Below, piece after piece: positions 1 to 11,235 of a stretch of 64,000 nt of DNA (the stretch's first letter is position 1; each line of letters opens with the position of its first letter). Under the pieces are notes generated by a model that was not told the DNA's origin, did no database searches, and was given only the letters and a program-made list of their open reading frames with translations. The position numbers were made by a program, and so were the translations under genes. The stretch comes from Spongospora subterranea f. sp. subterranea. Lineage: Eukaryota. Location of the stretch: contig JAUGWO010000107.1 of assembly GCA_049724395.1 (NCBI GenBank), positions 124,001-188,000 of the forward strand, written 5' to 3'.

Positions 1-1080
1 CACCAGTCGGACCCCTCCACTCACACCTGACAACTGCTCCACTGTTTCCAAACGGATTTGAGGGAAAGACTGACAGCTGTTCCATCACCAGTCGGACCCC
101 TCCACTCACACCTGACAACTGCTCCACTGTTTCCAAACTGATTTGAGGGAAAGACTGACAGCTGTTCCATCACCAGTCGGACCCCTCCACTCACACCTGA
201 CAACTGCTCCACTGTTTCCAAACGGATTTGAGGGAAAGACTGACAGCTGTTCCATCACCAGTCGGACCCCTCCACTCACACCTGACAACTGCTCCACTGT
301 TTCCAAACGGATTTGAGGGAAAGACTGACAGCTGTTCCATCACCAGTCGGACCCCTCCACTCACACCTGACCACTGCTCCACTGTTTCCAAACGGATTTG
401 AGGGAAAGACTGACAGCTGTTCCATCACCAGTCGGACCCCTCCACTCACACCTGACCACTGCTCCACTGTTTCCAAACGGATTTGAGGGAAAGACTGACA
501 GCTGTTCCATCACCAGTCGGACCCCTCCACTCACACCTGACCACTGCTCCACTGTTTCCAAACGGATTTGAGGGAAAGACTGACAGCTGTTCCATCACCA
601 GTCGGACCCCTCCACTCACACCTGACCACTGCTCCACTGTTTCCAAACGGATTTGAGGGAAAGACTGACAGCTGTTCCATCACCAGTCGGACCCCTCCAC
701 TCACACCTGACCACTGCTCCACTGTTTCCAAACGGATTTGAGGGAAAGACTGACAGCTGTTCCATCACCAGTCGGACCCCTCCACTCACACCTGACAACT
801 GCTCCACTGTTTCCAAACGGATTTGAGGAAAAGACTGACAGCTGTTCCATCACCTAATCCACGTACACCTGACCTCTGCTTTATTGTTTCCAAAAGGATT
901 TGAAAAAAAGACTGACAGTGTTCCATCACCTGTCGGACCCCTCCACTCACACCTGACCCCTCCACTCACACCTGACCCCTGCTCCACTGTTTCCAAACGA
1001 GTTTGGGGTGAAATGAAGTGGAGATAAAAGAGACTGACAGCTGTTCCATCACCTGTCGGCCCGCTCCACTCACAACTCTT
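1..1080. repeat. 85-bp tandem repeat (10 near-identical units, 1-850, then degenerate partial units to ~1080); runs off the window start
   Basis: Unit caccagtcggacccctccactcacacctgac(a/c)actgctccactgtttccaaacggatttgagggaaagactgacagctgttccat starts at 1, 86, 171 ... 766. The repeated 66-aa ORFs in the track are an artefact of this period. Confidence 0.98.
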
Positions 1081-1258
1081 CAATTGGAACGGACTGTTGT
1101 TCCGTGACTGGAGGCGCTAACGTTTTACTCACTAGAACTAATCCGGAGCGATTAGTTTGGTGTTACGGCGCTGCCCAAACCACGATTGATCGTTGGGCAA
1201 TGGTTCAGACATGAAGCGGAATAATCAATAGGGCAATCGATATTCCAAGCCTAGATAC

Positions 1259-2062
1259 ATGACCAGGGATCTAGATGACTGCTCTCTGACCTGGCTCAGA
1301 TGCACAATTCTCCTGACGGTCATCTCGATCGTAATCATTCCAACTTCGACGGTGGAGTTCGCCCAGAAGACCATATTCGGGTGCACGGGATGCCTGACAT
1401 TGATGGACCTTAGGGAAAATCAACAGCAAAAATCTCGATATTCGATTGGCCAGAACGTTATCAAGTATTTGGCGAACAATGGGCACTTTTTGGCACAGAA
1501 TATTGTGAAATATTATGGTGTAAGGTCGAAAGACGATGGCTTAATCAAAGATTTTCACGATTTTGAATCGAAATGCAAGAAACCGTTCTCGATGGATGAA
1601 GCCAAGCAGGTTGCACGGGAATTTGAGGCACATATGCAAATCCTGACAGCTCTTCAATGGTTTATTGAGGACAATGAAAGAAAACCCAGTGGTGACCTTA
1701 GGCAGCTTCATGCTGCCGTGAATTGCCATTCAATGATTGCCAGATCTTTAGAAATTCTGCCAAAACCTTTGGTTCAGTATCCTACCACACGTTTAATCGC
1801 ATTCGCGGTTGCCGCCTGGTTATTGATAGCTGTAATTAGCTGGAGGGGTTACGTCGCCGTTCATGCACTCTACCAACAAGAACCGGATCGATTCTTTGAC
1901 GGATATCAATACGCGCTCACGGTCTGGAGCAATTGCACAAATTGGGTTCTACAAACAGCACGAGACAATAATAAGGTCTCAGCCAGCGTTTGGGCGCCAA
2001 GTTCGCCAGATATCGTCGTTGATACGAATCCAAGTGAGATGAGAAATACCAATCTTTATTAA
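1259..2062 (+). CDS. Intronless orphan protein, 267 aa, with N-terminal hydrophobic segment and a second TM-like segment
   Basis: Long ATG-started ORF. Hydrophobic stretches LRCTILLTVISIVIIP and LIAFAVAAWLLIAVISW. No family recognised. Confidence 0.65.
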   Translation: MTRDLDDCSLTWLRCTILLTVISIVIIPTSTVEFAQKTIFGCTGCLTLMDLRENQQQKSRYSIGQNVIKYLANNGHFLAQNIVKYYGVRSKDDGLIKDFHDFESKCKKPFSMDEAKQVAREFEAHMQILTALQWFIEDNERKPSGDLRQLHAAVNCHSMIARSLEILPKPLVQYPTTRLIAFAVAAWLLIAVISWRGYVAVHALYQQEPDRFFDGYQYALTVWSNCTNWVLQTARDNNKVSASVWAPSSPDIVVDTNPSEMRNTNLY

Positions 2063-2306
2063 CGAAGAAGCTGTTATAAATTATTAGTAAACCATATAAA
2101 TCCACATTAGCTGTTAACACAGACCGCTCTTCAAAAAGAACAGTCCTCGGAAAGCTGAAACATTGTCGTCCCCCAATTTTTACAAAACTCTTGGGATGAG
2201 ACAACTAAACTAGTTTCATTGGTAAGCGAAGTTTAGCAAAAATGTAGTCTGCATCGATGTATTGATAATACAGGTAGAGAGACACGGTATCGGCCAGCGC
2301 CGGTTA

Positions 2307-4357
2307 TCATGATGGTGTGCATGGACACAGGCGTGAGGTCGACCAATGCCTGGATTCACACGTCGGCCAGTCTTCTGAAGTGAGACAGAACCCCGCCATA
2401 TCGGCTTTGCTGGAATCTGAGACAAAATTCGGCACATCGTCACCGATAACACCGCCAATGCAACCTCGAGTGCATGGAAATGAGTTCATCAAACTCGAGC
2501 ATTTATTGATCAACTGAAAATGATCTCTTGCGCATCGATATGATGGAAGAAACGAAGTACATGCCGAGTTGCAGTCAACTAATCCTAACAGTTCAAACGA
2601 AAGCATTTTAAAAGGTTAATCAATGCACATACCGTCCTGAGACGCTGCTACAATGGTTAAACCGGAATGAACGGTGAAACGCAGAGAATTAGGGCAGAAG
2701 GGGGATATCCGTTTATCGACCAGAATGAGGTGCTGATTCTCGCGGACCTGCAATTTGATGATACCTTTGTACGTTGTGCGAGGAGCCGGAAGGACGTTAA
2801 GATCGAATGAAACAAGCGAGCGGAAATCCTCCAAGTAGTAAGCAGCGATCAACGTAGAGCGGTTGGAAGAATCTGGTGCACTAGCGAGAACGTCGGAAAT
2901 GGACCCTTATGATTACAATGTCAGCAAACAACAGCAGTTCGTTTGAAAAAAAGAAGAGTACCATCGGAATGGTTATACAATTTCCCAGTAGCTATAGTTT
3001 GGGCAATAAACTCGTCGTATCTGGGTTCTAATAAATATGACAAATCCCCAAAATCCAGTACAGTTTCTTCACTAAAAGCTATCTGGTTGATGTATTGTGC
3101 AAAAAACGAATCCGAAACTGTTGATCCAACGGCGCCAATGTTCTGGTTGCGTGAGATCTAGATATCACATTAACGATGTGATCAACAAGTGTATGGCCTG
3201 TTTACCTGTGGCGCAATACATGATCTGCCCTTGCTAACGGTATCCAGCCGCATCCAATGATCCCAATGGTCACGGGGAAACGTCTTGGAAAGCTCTTGCC
3301 ATAACTCTTTTCTCAACATCCATCCCTAAAACTGTTGGTTACACAAATATGAGCATCGGTCGTGTTAAAACCCATACCAAACCAGGAAAGAAATCAGTTC
3401 TGAAGAATAAAGTATTATTATGAGCATATTGACGAGTTCCTAGATCGTTCCAGGATGAAACGCACCAAATTGACTACGGAACGAACCCAAGTAAGAAAAG
3501 TAATGTGCAGCAAAACAAAGGTTTACAGGATCAACATCTAGTAAATGAGCAGTCTGCTCGAACATGATTAAGGCGTCTTGTGAGAGAAATAAATCGTCCT
3601 CCAGTACGACCACATGACTGTGCTGCTTCTCAGTGAACACCTGATCCAAGGCCCATCGATAATGCTGCGCTAGATATGCGGTGGGACCTTGCCCAGAATC
3701 AATTTCAGGGTCTCGCTTCCTCTTCAAATGCTGAACCCATTCAGAATGATCTGCAATCGTGGTGGTCGTGGCGGAATCATCACCATCTTGGGATACATAT
3801 ACCTGAAACAGATTACGGCGCGGCAAGCCGTTTAACCCTATTGAAATAGCCTCGTCAAATATTGCTGGTAGACCGGTAAATCGAATTTACTAGAGAGTAC
3901 ACGCCCAAGATAATCAGGCCTATTGTAGGTGAGAACCAAGATCGCAGGGTTCTTTGCTGGTGATTCAAAATAGGTTTGGGCAAGGTTCAGGAACATCGAA
4001 TGCGACCGATTGAACTGTGAAGCTTTGGCTGTACGGGCTCCAAGTAAAGTTTGAGATTGCGAAATGGATTTGACATTGTGCAGCGATTTCGTATTCGGTA
4101 ACAATTGAGCATTAGATAATCCGATCTATCCAAGACAATTAGTAGACACTCGAATGAGACAAGAAGGATCGAACCATCTTATTCCATGAAGTGAGCTGGA
4201 AGAATCCAAAAATCCAGATCGAAAGGATCAAAACGAAGAAAAAAACTAGAAGCACCGTTCGCCATCGAATCTGCGCCAAACGAAAGCGATATCTGATCCG
4301 CCGGAAAAAGCTGCGCCATATTGAATTTGCTGTTTGTCGATGTTGATGATAAAGCAT
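2307..4357 (-). CDS. MGAT1: GT13 family N-acetylglucosaminyltransferase (GnT-I/MGAT1-like), multi-exon, type II membrane, with a Cys-rich C-terminal extension
   Basis: N-terminal TM (VLLVFFFVLILSIWIFGFF). GT13 motifs ILVLTYNRPDYL, VYVSQDG, AQHYRWALDQVF, VVVLEDDL (EDD), FRTDFFPG, FPRDHWDHWMR, SRNQNIG and PRTTYKGII, split by short GT-AG introns. Confidence 0.88.
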
Positions 4358-4478
4358 TGACACTTTTTATATTTAAAAGCAAAGCCCCTCAAATTAGACA
4401 AGAAAATCATGTTTCATAATCCTGTTACCATAGACACCCTCAGAAATCGTACTGTCCCGAGATCACGACATGTGTCAT

Positions 4479-4691
4479 GTCAGCGCAGCCAATACGATAT
4501 CAAACGGGTAAAGTAACTTAATGATCATTGGTGACAAGTCAGCGCAGCCAATACGATATCAAACGGGTAAAGTAACTTAATGATCATTGGTGACAAGTCA
4601 GCGCAGCCAATACGATATCAAACGGGTAAAGTAACTTAATGATCATTGGTGACAAGTCAGCGCAGCCAATACGATATCAAACGGGTAAAGT
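4479..4691. repeat. 59-bp perfect tandem repeat, ~3.6 copies
   Basis: gtcagcgcagccaatacgatatcaaacgggtaaagtaacttaatgatcattggtgacaa starts at 4479, 4538, 4597 and 4656 (last copy partial). Confidence 0.97.
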
Positions 4692-4816
4692 GAAAAAAAT
4701 TTACACGATCTACCTTGGACCTGACACTTGGCTATCTGGCATAAGGCCAATGGGGCGATGAGCTGGGATCTGGTCTGTTCAAATGTTAAAATCCTAACAA
4801 TGTTGTTTTTCCATTG

Positions 4817-4880
4817 TAATGAGTAATGAAATGCATATTAGAGTATACTGAAACTCCAATATGCATTTAATGACTCATTA
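4817..4880. repeat. Inverted repeat, 28-bp arms with 3 mismatches, 8-nt loop
   Basis: taatgagtaatgaaatgcatattagagt (4817-4844) versus actccaatatgcatttaatgactcatta (4853-4880). Confidence 0.9.
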
Positions 4881-5900
4881 AGATCTTGGAGAAGTTCAAA
4901 CTGGTCATCAATCGGTGGATACGCCACTTGCATGGCCCTTAGATGGATCCTGTGCGAAAATAGGTTGAGTGAAATGATTTGACTATGTACCATATTGTCA
5001 CTTCACGAACCAATCGTAAACCTCAAACCATTGAAAAGGAATCCTCCCACTTGCGATCGTCTTCGAGTTGGTGTTCCTCATGTGATTCCTTAAACTCTGC
5101 TATTTTCCTTTTCTATTTGCAGTAACAGCGACTGCAGTTTCTCCCTTGGACGAAATCGACATGCCTTCCTAAAGCCGAACTTCGGTAATCTTGAAGTTGC
5201 ACTTTCGGCCTTCGCCGATAAATATCCTCGATCGGTGCGGATCGATAGAGGATAGCGCTGGCCCACAAGGTTCGCAGAGTATGGCAATCAGGCTGTGTAG
5301 GTCCAATGTAGCTAGTGCATCCAACCTGATGACATACAATCGGAGCCATGTTAACCCTTCCGATTTCCAGGTCCTCGATGTTTTACTCAAAAGTCCCTCG
5401 TTCATATATACATATGGCAGAATCGGAAATAGATATATCCTAACCACGTGATTGTCATTGTAGGGTAAAACCGCATTACTGATCGAAGACAGACTGGCAA
5501 TGGGATTATCTGCATGTACTTGTAATGAACCCAACAATACAGGAGCAAAACGCAATTGAGACCACTGGAATCTATGTCCGAATCAGTACTTAATGGGTGA
5601 GCTGAAACTGGCAGAATATCTAATCGGCGATTGGATGTCAGCAAACTTCAAGAGCCCTGTACTGTGATTACACAATTTGAGATTCCAACGCTGAGCGATC
5701 GGCAATTGAACGTCAGCACAGCTAGAGTATAAATCTGCACTGTCATTACACAGCTTGAGAATCGATATCTTTACTGTGATTGGACTCAATCACAGTAATT
5801 TGATCCGATAATTGTTCAGATCCGGACCTTGGAGCAAAGCTGAGTCCATCGAAAGAGTTAAATAAATCCAATAAAATAGCCAAGGTTTAACCTGCTGATG
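4880..5900 (-). pseudogene. Degenerate coding-like relic of unknown family
   Basis: Broken minus-strand peptides (AEFKESHEEHQLEDDRKWEDSF; AYPPIDDQFELLQDLNESL) with a GT-AG intron-like break, stops and frameshifts. Boundaries approximate. Confidence 0.3.
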
Positions 5901-6049
5901 GCCGGCGATATTTAATTCTGCAGCTGCAATTCAAACATAGTAAATCGGCTGGGGACCGTGTTGGCATTGGGAGTAAAGTCAGGCCGGTGTGATGGAGGAA
6001 GAGCGATGCCAGACTGAACTAACTGAAAGTATTGAAAGTACTGATCGGC

Positions 6050-7410
6050 GTCTGTCTTAATTTCTAGCAACGAATGCGCTCAGGTTGAGATGCGGCGTGG
6101 GGACATCTCGTTGATTTGAGCATTATATGATTTCAGTGGGTTGTTGGTTCGATTGGCAACATTTCCCCTGTTGATATCTGAGTGATAAGATTCCAGTCAC
6201 GAGGAGAGCGCATCGATGTTTCTTGAAGTAATCGAAATACTTTTTTGAAGAATCCACCTCCACCTCACTTTCCAAAGCCAATAAAGCACTGAAGTACTGA
6301 AATCCCACCGTCGTAATCTCATACTCAATAACGGTTAGCGCGTTCAAGATCTCTGACCTCATCAAGCAAGTGACTGAATGATCTGATGATGTCAATTTCA
6401 AAAGGACCCTTCGACTGGCTTGTTTTTACTGGAAAAAACCTCCGACAATTCCATAATCTGTCCCCAAATACATTGAAAAAATTGTCACCTTCTACAGATC
6501 ATAGAATCAGTTGCAACACATCATGTACCTTTAACAGCATTGATCAAAGCTCGTTCAAAATCACAGGTGCCACTGCCTGGATTGATTGTTGTTCCAATGA
6601 CCGCTTTGATCAAATTGCCATGCTGTATAAACTAGCGGTTTGGCCGGTCATCAAAACAAAGAAACACGACAAATACAAGTCGTTGACCATGTTTTTTGCC
6701 ATCACCACCAGAAGCTGTTTAAAAGGAGCCGGGACAACTTTGCATGTTGTGTCCACGAACAAATGAATACCTGGTTGTTTTAGCGTTTTGTATAAACCAG
6801 GATGACCCATCATGCGCGGCGTACTGTACCCGCTGCTTGCTCTCCGACTTCGTCATCATCTTAACCGGATCGGTTTTATACTTGTCTAGAAGCTGACTTC
6901 CACCCAGATTGAGGTTGCGGTTCGTGAGCGGTCAGTTTCAGCAAGATCATCAATCATTCCATTCATTTGAAAATAATTGACATCATCAATATACCAATGA
7001 ATCGCAGCCCCTTTCACAACACCGACCTCCTCCTCGACATTCTTGACCTGCACGTCAATTTCATGATCAAGTCTAGGGTGGCAGCAGTGAGACTGCTGTT
7101 GATCCCTGACCTGGACGGTTCCATTGGGCAATACTACCACTGGCCTGTGATTTGTGGCGCCACGTTCACTGCAGCGGTTGGATTTCGTGCCGTTTTCAGA
7201 AGTCGAGGATATTACGTATTTTTAAAAACCATCTTACACAATGCTTCTCTTCGACGACATTGATTATCTATTGAAAAGTGAGGGCTAGATTCGAGAAGAA
7301 TCAGGATTAACTTTGAGCCATTTTGGCCAAATCGAGCGTTTAGGCCATTTTTGGGCCATTTTGAGCCTTGGGCCATTTCAACTCTCCGATTTTTTAGCTG
7401 GGGGTATATA
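6050..7410 (-). mobile_element. Mutator-like (MULE) DDE transposase relic with FLYWCH-like zinc finger and subterminal GCCATTT repeats
   Basis: Minus-strand peptides LFVDTTCKVVPAPFKQLLVVM..LSCFFVLMTGQTASLY (MULE DxT.KVVP..F.QL motif), TCDFERALINAVK (DFE motif) and YFDYFKK. Upstream RCSERG...SHCCH. In-frame stops and frameshifts. GCCATTT occurs 4 times at ~7316-7380. Confidence 0.85.
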
Positions 7411-7753
7411 GGTATGATTCTATGTGTGCCAATAGTTTTGGCGTCTTTTTTGTTTATATCAATGGGTTCCCCTTGTCATTCTGGATCTATTTGTATTTCT
7501 CCGAAATTCATTGGCCTTTTCGTCATGAACCATGCCACGTCGACGTGTGCAATGCACAATAATTGCTTAGACGCATCAGATAATCACTGATGCGTACTCC
7601 TCCCAAATAATATAAAAAATATGGCCCGTCAATATCGAGTTGACTCGTGTCAGATTTGGGACTGGAAAAAAGTCGTTTGCTGACTTTCGAGCCGACACAA
7701 ATTTGAAACTGAACGTCAAATCAAGACCCATACAGAGAGAGGAGCCCTTCGAG

Positions 7754-7962
7754 CAGCTGGAGTCGTTCTTCGAAATTCAAAGGGAACGTCTTTTGCCTGT
7801 CACAATCTCATCATCATGAAAGTGGGTTCCAATTTAAAAAACCAAGATTAGAATTACATAAAACAGACTGCGTTGACAAATATCTTCTCAGTTCGTGAAC
7901 AAGAGATGAGATTTGCCAGGCAAAAGAAGCTCCTTTTTGAACTTCAAAGAACGCTCCAGCTG
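7754..7962. repeat. Diverged inverted repeat, ~58-bp arms, ~92-nt spacer, in coding-like degenerate DNA
   Basis: cagctggagtcgttcttcgaaattcaaagggaacgtcttttgcctgtcacaatctcatc (7754-7812) matches the reverse complement of 7905-7962 at roughly 80%. Confidence 0.85.
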
Positions 7963-8964
7963 GGCTGGTGAATTAACCATGTAGGTAGGGAGGGATGGCC
8001 ATGTGTGTAGACATATCCATAGCAAGCGAGAAGGATGCGGAGGATACCGCTTCAGAGAGTTATTGCAGATTCAGAGCACACTATATCCGAATATAACTGG
8101 TGACTTTGCCTTCACTGGCGTTGCCAATGGACGATCTGTCCTTCGTCATCCGGGACGCCACGGGACGACGCGCCTGCATTGAATGATCAGATGAAACTGG
8201 GCTGGATTCCTGAAAACGATGACGATAACCATCCGTCTGCATGTCTGAGTCACCCTCGTCTTCCTCCGCCCTAAGACATCCTCGAAAATTGCCAAATCCC
8301 GCTCTTTGTGATTACTTTGTTTGAATCATCGGGGTGAGAAAGCATTTCGCCAAAGATTACATCAACAATTGTCTTGTTCGAAAAAGTGCACAGCTGCCTG
8401 GACTCCGCCAAAATATGATTTGATCGTGTTCCGATGGACAACAGGGGAATTCTCGTCGGAAAACGTAGTCTCCTCCTGCTTCATCAGTGTACTGTACGTC
8501 GCCCAATGCACAGGATGTTGTGTCAACATGTGTCTGCGGTTGACATCAACGCGATATGAATTCCGGAAATATAGAATGTTTTCAGTACAGTAGCTTGCTT
8601 TGCTTTGGCTCCAATCTACCAAAATGCACACAAAAACTGCAGCAAACCGACACTACCGACTTCGTGCTTGCGTCCCGCTCATATATCTTCAGCCCATATG
8701 CAACGGCATGGGTGGCTGGCGCTTGGAAGGCATTAAATCAGTGTAACCAACTCTTAGTCAAACGGAACATGAGAGAACAAATATATGTTCAGGAAGCCCC
8801 CACAGACACTCTCAGACGATTATCAAGCTAAAGTGGGATGGTTGGTTAAACGCCACTAAGTGGCCTGTTCATGTATTTATTGTTCAACTGCCGTGAGGCC
8901 CGTGACGGGGTCCGCCAATTGACAATGGCGCTATGCGCACAATCGCCCTATCATTTAAAGAAAT

Positions 8965-9770
8965 ATGCCACTGATTCGTTTAGCGGCTAGTGATGCGTCC
9001 GAACCCGTTTTGGTGGAGGACGAGACGATTATATACGATATCGATAATATTGATATGGTTTTAGGAGATGATCAGGGTACAGAAGGAATTGCCCCTGGAA
9101 GGTTATTCATCACCAATCGGTAGCTACCTACTATCGCCATCTCTCACCCTAAAACCCATTATATTCTTCATAAAATAGGAATATAATATGGCTAAAACAT
9201 GTCGATAATGAAGGATGGGCTTTCGATATTCCATTCAGTAAGGGACTCCCTACAATCTAACTTTACAGTTTTTCGACTTTGCAATCTGGTATTAAATCTC
9301 TCTACAGCCACATCATCGGTTCGAAACTGCTCTTTTCGTTTGTTTTCCATCGATGAAGAGCGGTTTTGTTGCAACCATGATTGTTGGATCTCTTGTTGAA
9401 GATCGCTCTATCTCGTTTTTCTGTTTATTCAATCTCTTTTATCTCGTCATTTATTTCATGTTGTGACATATACTCATTAGTGATTTATTAGTCGGTTTAC
9501 ATGCATTATCTATCAACGGAACCGATGATTGTCCTGGACCATGGTTGCTGGTCCAGTTCGATATCGACTACGACAGTGATGATCCCCGATTTGATCGGGC
9601 AATGCCGTCTACTGCCAAGGGATCGGTCAACGTCTCTGACAGCGTTATACGAGGCCATCTGTCGGGCGATGGCGGAATCTGCCGTTCTCCTGGAAGAACA
9701 GGAACCTGATCTCAAAGACAGAGGTGAATCAGATCTAATATCAGATAATCAACAACGATCTCAACAATAA
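8965..9770 (+). CDS. CLNS1A: pICln / methylosome subunit (Voldacs PH-like domain), 3 exons, with a +1 frameshift at 9584-9587
   Basis: Spliced translation MPLIRL...PGRLFITNR|NIIWLKHVDNEGWAFDIPF|IGLHALS...PWLLVQFD...CRLLPRD...LTALYEAICRAMAESA matches the ICln pattern. Introns 9120-9178 and 9238-9491. Confidence 0.8.
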
Positions 9771-10045
9771 AAACTGCAATTCACCAAGGAATTTGGAGGT
9801 TTGAGATGTCGATAATGGTGATCTTTTTTGAATGATTTAATCTGTTGGAGTTTGTCATAGATTGGGATTGTGTTGGTCACATCTTCATGGTCTGTGTAAT
9901 ATTGGGGTCAATTGTGGGATATTTCATAGTGATATTGATATCTTGGTGATTCGTTTGTGATTGATAGTCTGTTCTCGTGTCCCCTAATCCAGTTCCTGTC
10001 ATTTATAATCAGGTCCCCAATTGCCCTCGTTCATCAACCCTCAAC

Positions 10046-11235
10046 ATGTTTTTCCTATTGATATCCTCGATCCTGTTTTATTCTGTCACATCATCCTCTG
10101 ATCGAATCCCGGTCCAGACCGACACCTGCACCATTAGCGGTGATCCTCATATTCATAATGTATTTCCCTAATCATCGTCATCATCATTATCATTCAAAAA
10201 TCCGTCTCTCAGTTTCAAAGCGTCGAATTCGATTATGAAGGCGTGGGATATTTCACAGCGGTTCAGAATGACTTCCTCAGCGTTCGTGTGCATATGGCAC
10301 GATTATCAACCAATCATAGTTATGTTCGTGGAGCGATTGTCCAACTGAACGGATTGAGATCGTGTCGTTCAGTTGATTGTGGCGCTTTAAACACATTAAC
10401 ACTGGAATATGGTGTCAATATTTCAGGTTCTCAACAGCCCGATCAGATTCGCTGTCGATTTCAGAGCGGGGAGAATGCCCAACAGGATATCGATTTGATT
10501 CAGTCGATTGAGAATAGCGTTGAGAGCGATCAGTTCACAATGGCGCTAAACAGGACAGGTGTATTATTATCATCCTATACGACAACATCCATTACATTAG
10601 CGATCAATATATCAGGACAGGCACCGATCATGATCACAATCGGTTCTGGGTTTATATCGATGACCGCGATCAACCCCTTATTATCCGACTCGACCGGGTT
10701 CTGTCAGATCAAGCCCGATATCTCCCGATTATATCCCCATAATGATCCCCTATATGATGATGCTATGGCCTCCTTCTCAAATGAGGATATCGCAACGTCA
10801 TTACCTGATCGTGACATGTCATTATCCAATAATATCATCACATTCCCATCGTCATATTCCCTGAAACAATCGCTTTATCAATGCCGACAATTGGCTTCAT
10901 CCTTGGCGATCACCGACCAACGCCCATTTCGCCAATGTGTTTACGATTTCATCCAGACGAACTCGACGCTGATCGGGGCCAGCAATTTTCAGGCCATGAT
11001 CAGCTCGAAAGCGGACGCCGATTATCTGATTGAGGCGAATCCAACGCGTCCCGAGACCATTGTGCAAAGGCGTCAAACGGCAAGCAGTGCGAATATGGCG
11101 TCGATTATCATATCAGGGGCTCTAGGAATGGCATTCTTTATTGGGGTATTCGCTAATCGGCGCCTTCGTAATCAGCAATCACAGCAATTATCTGTGGCCA
11201 GAGCTAATGCCATAAGATTGGTCGATCATCTTTAA
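10046..11235 (+). CDS. Type I membrane protein with signal peptide and von Willebrand factor D (VWD/RGM-like) domain
   Basis: Signal peptide MFFLLISSILFYSVTSS. CTISGDPHIHN|FQSVEFDYEGVGYF (intron 10160-10212). C-terminal C...FRQCVYDF. TM IIISGALGMAFFIGVFA followed by basic RRLR. Confidence 0.8.

Noticed and set aside
1..850. 85-bp array as a CRISPR array or as eight 66-aa genes
   Set aside because: No unique spacers and no cas genes. The ORFs simply follow from the 85-nt period cycling through frames.
1..850. Each minus-strand unit as a 45-nt exon plus 40-nt GTGAGT..CAG intron (repeat protein SFPQIRLETVEQLSG)
   Set aside because: The putative intron is G-rich with no pyrimidine tract, unlike real introns here, and there is no independent support.
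4479..4691. 59-bp repeat as CRISPR
   Set aside because: Head-to-tail identical units without spacers; eukaryotic context.
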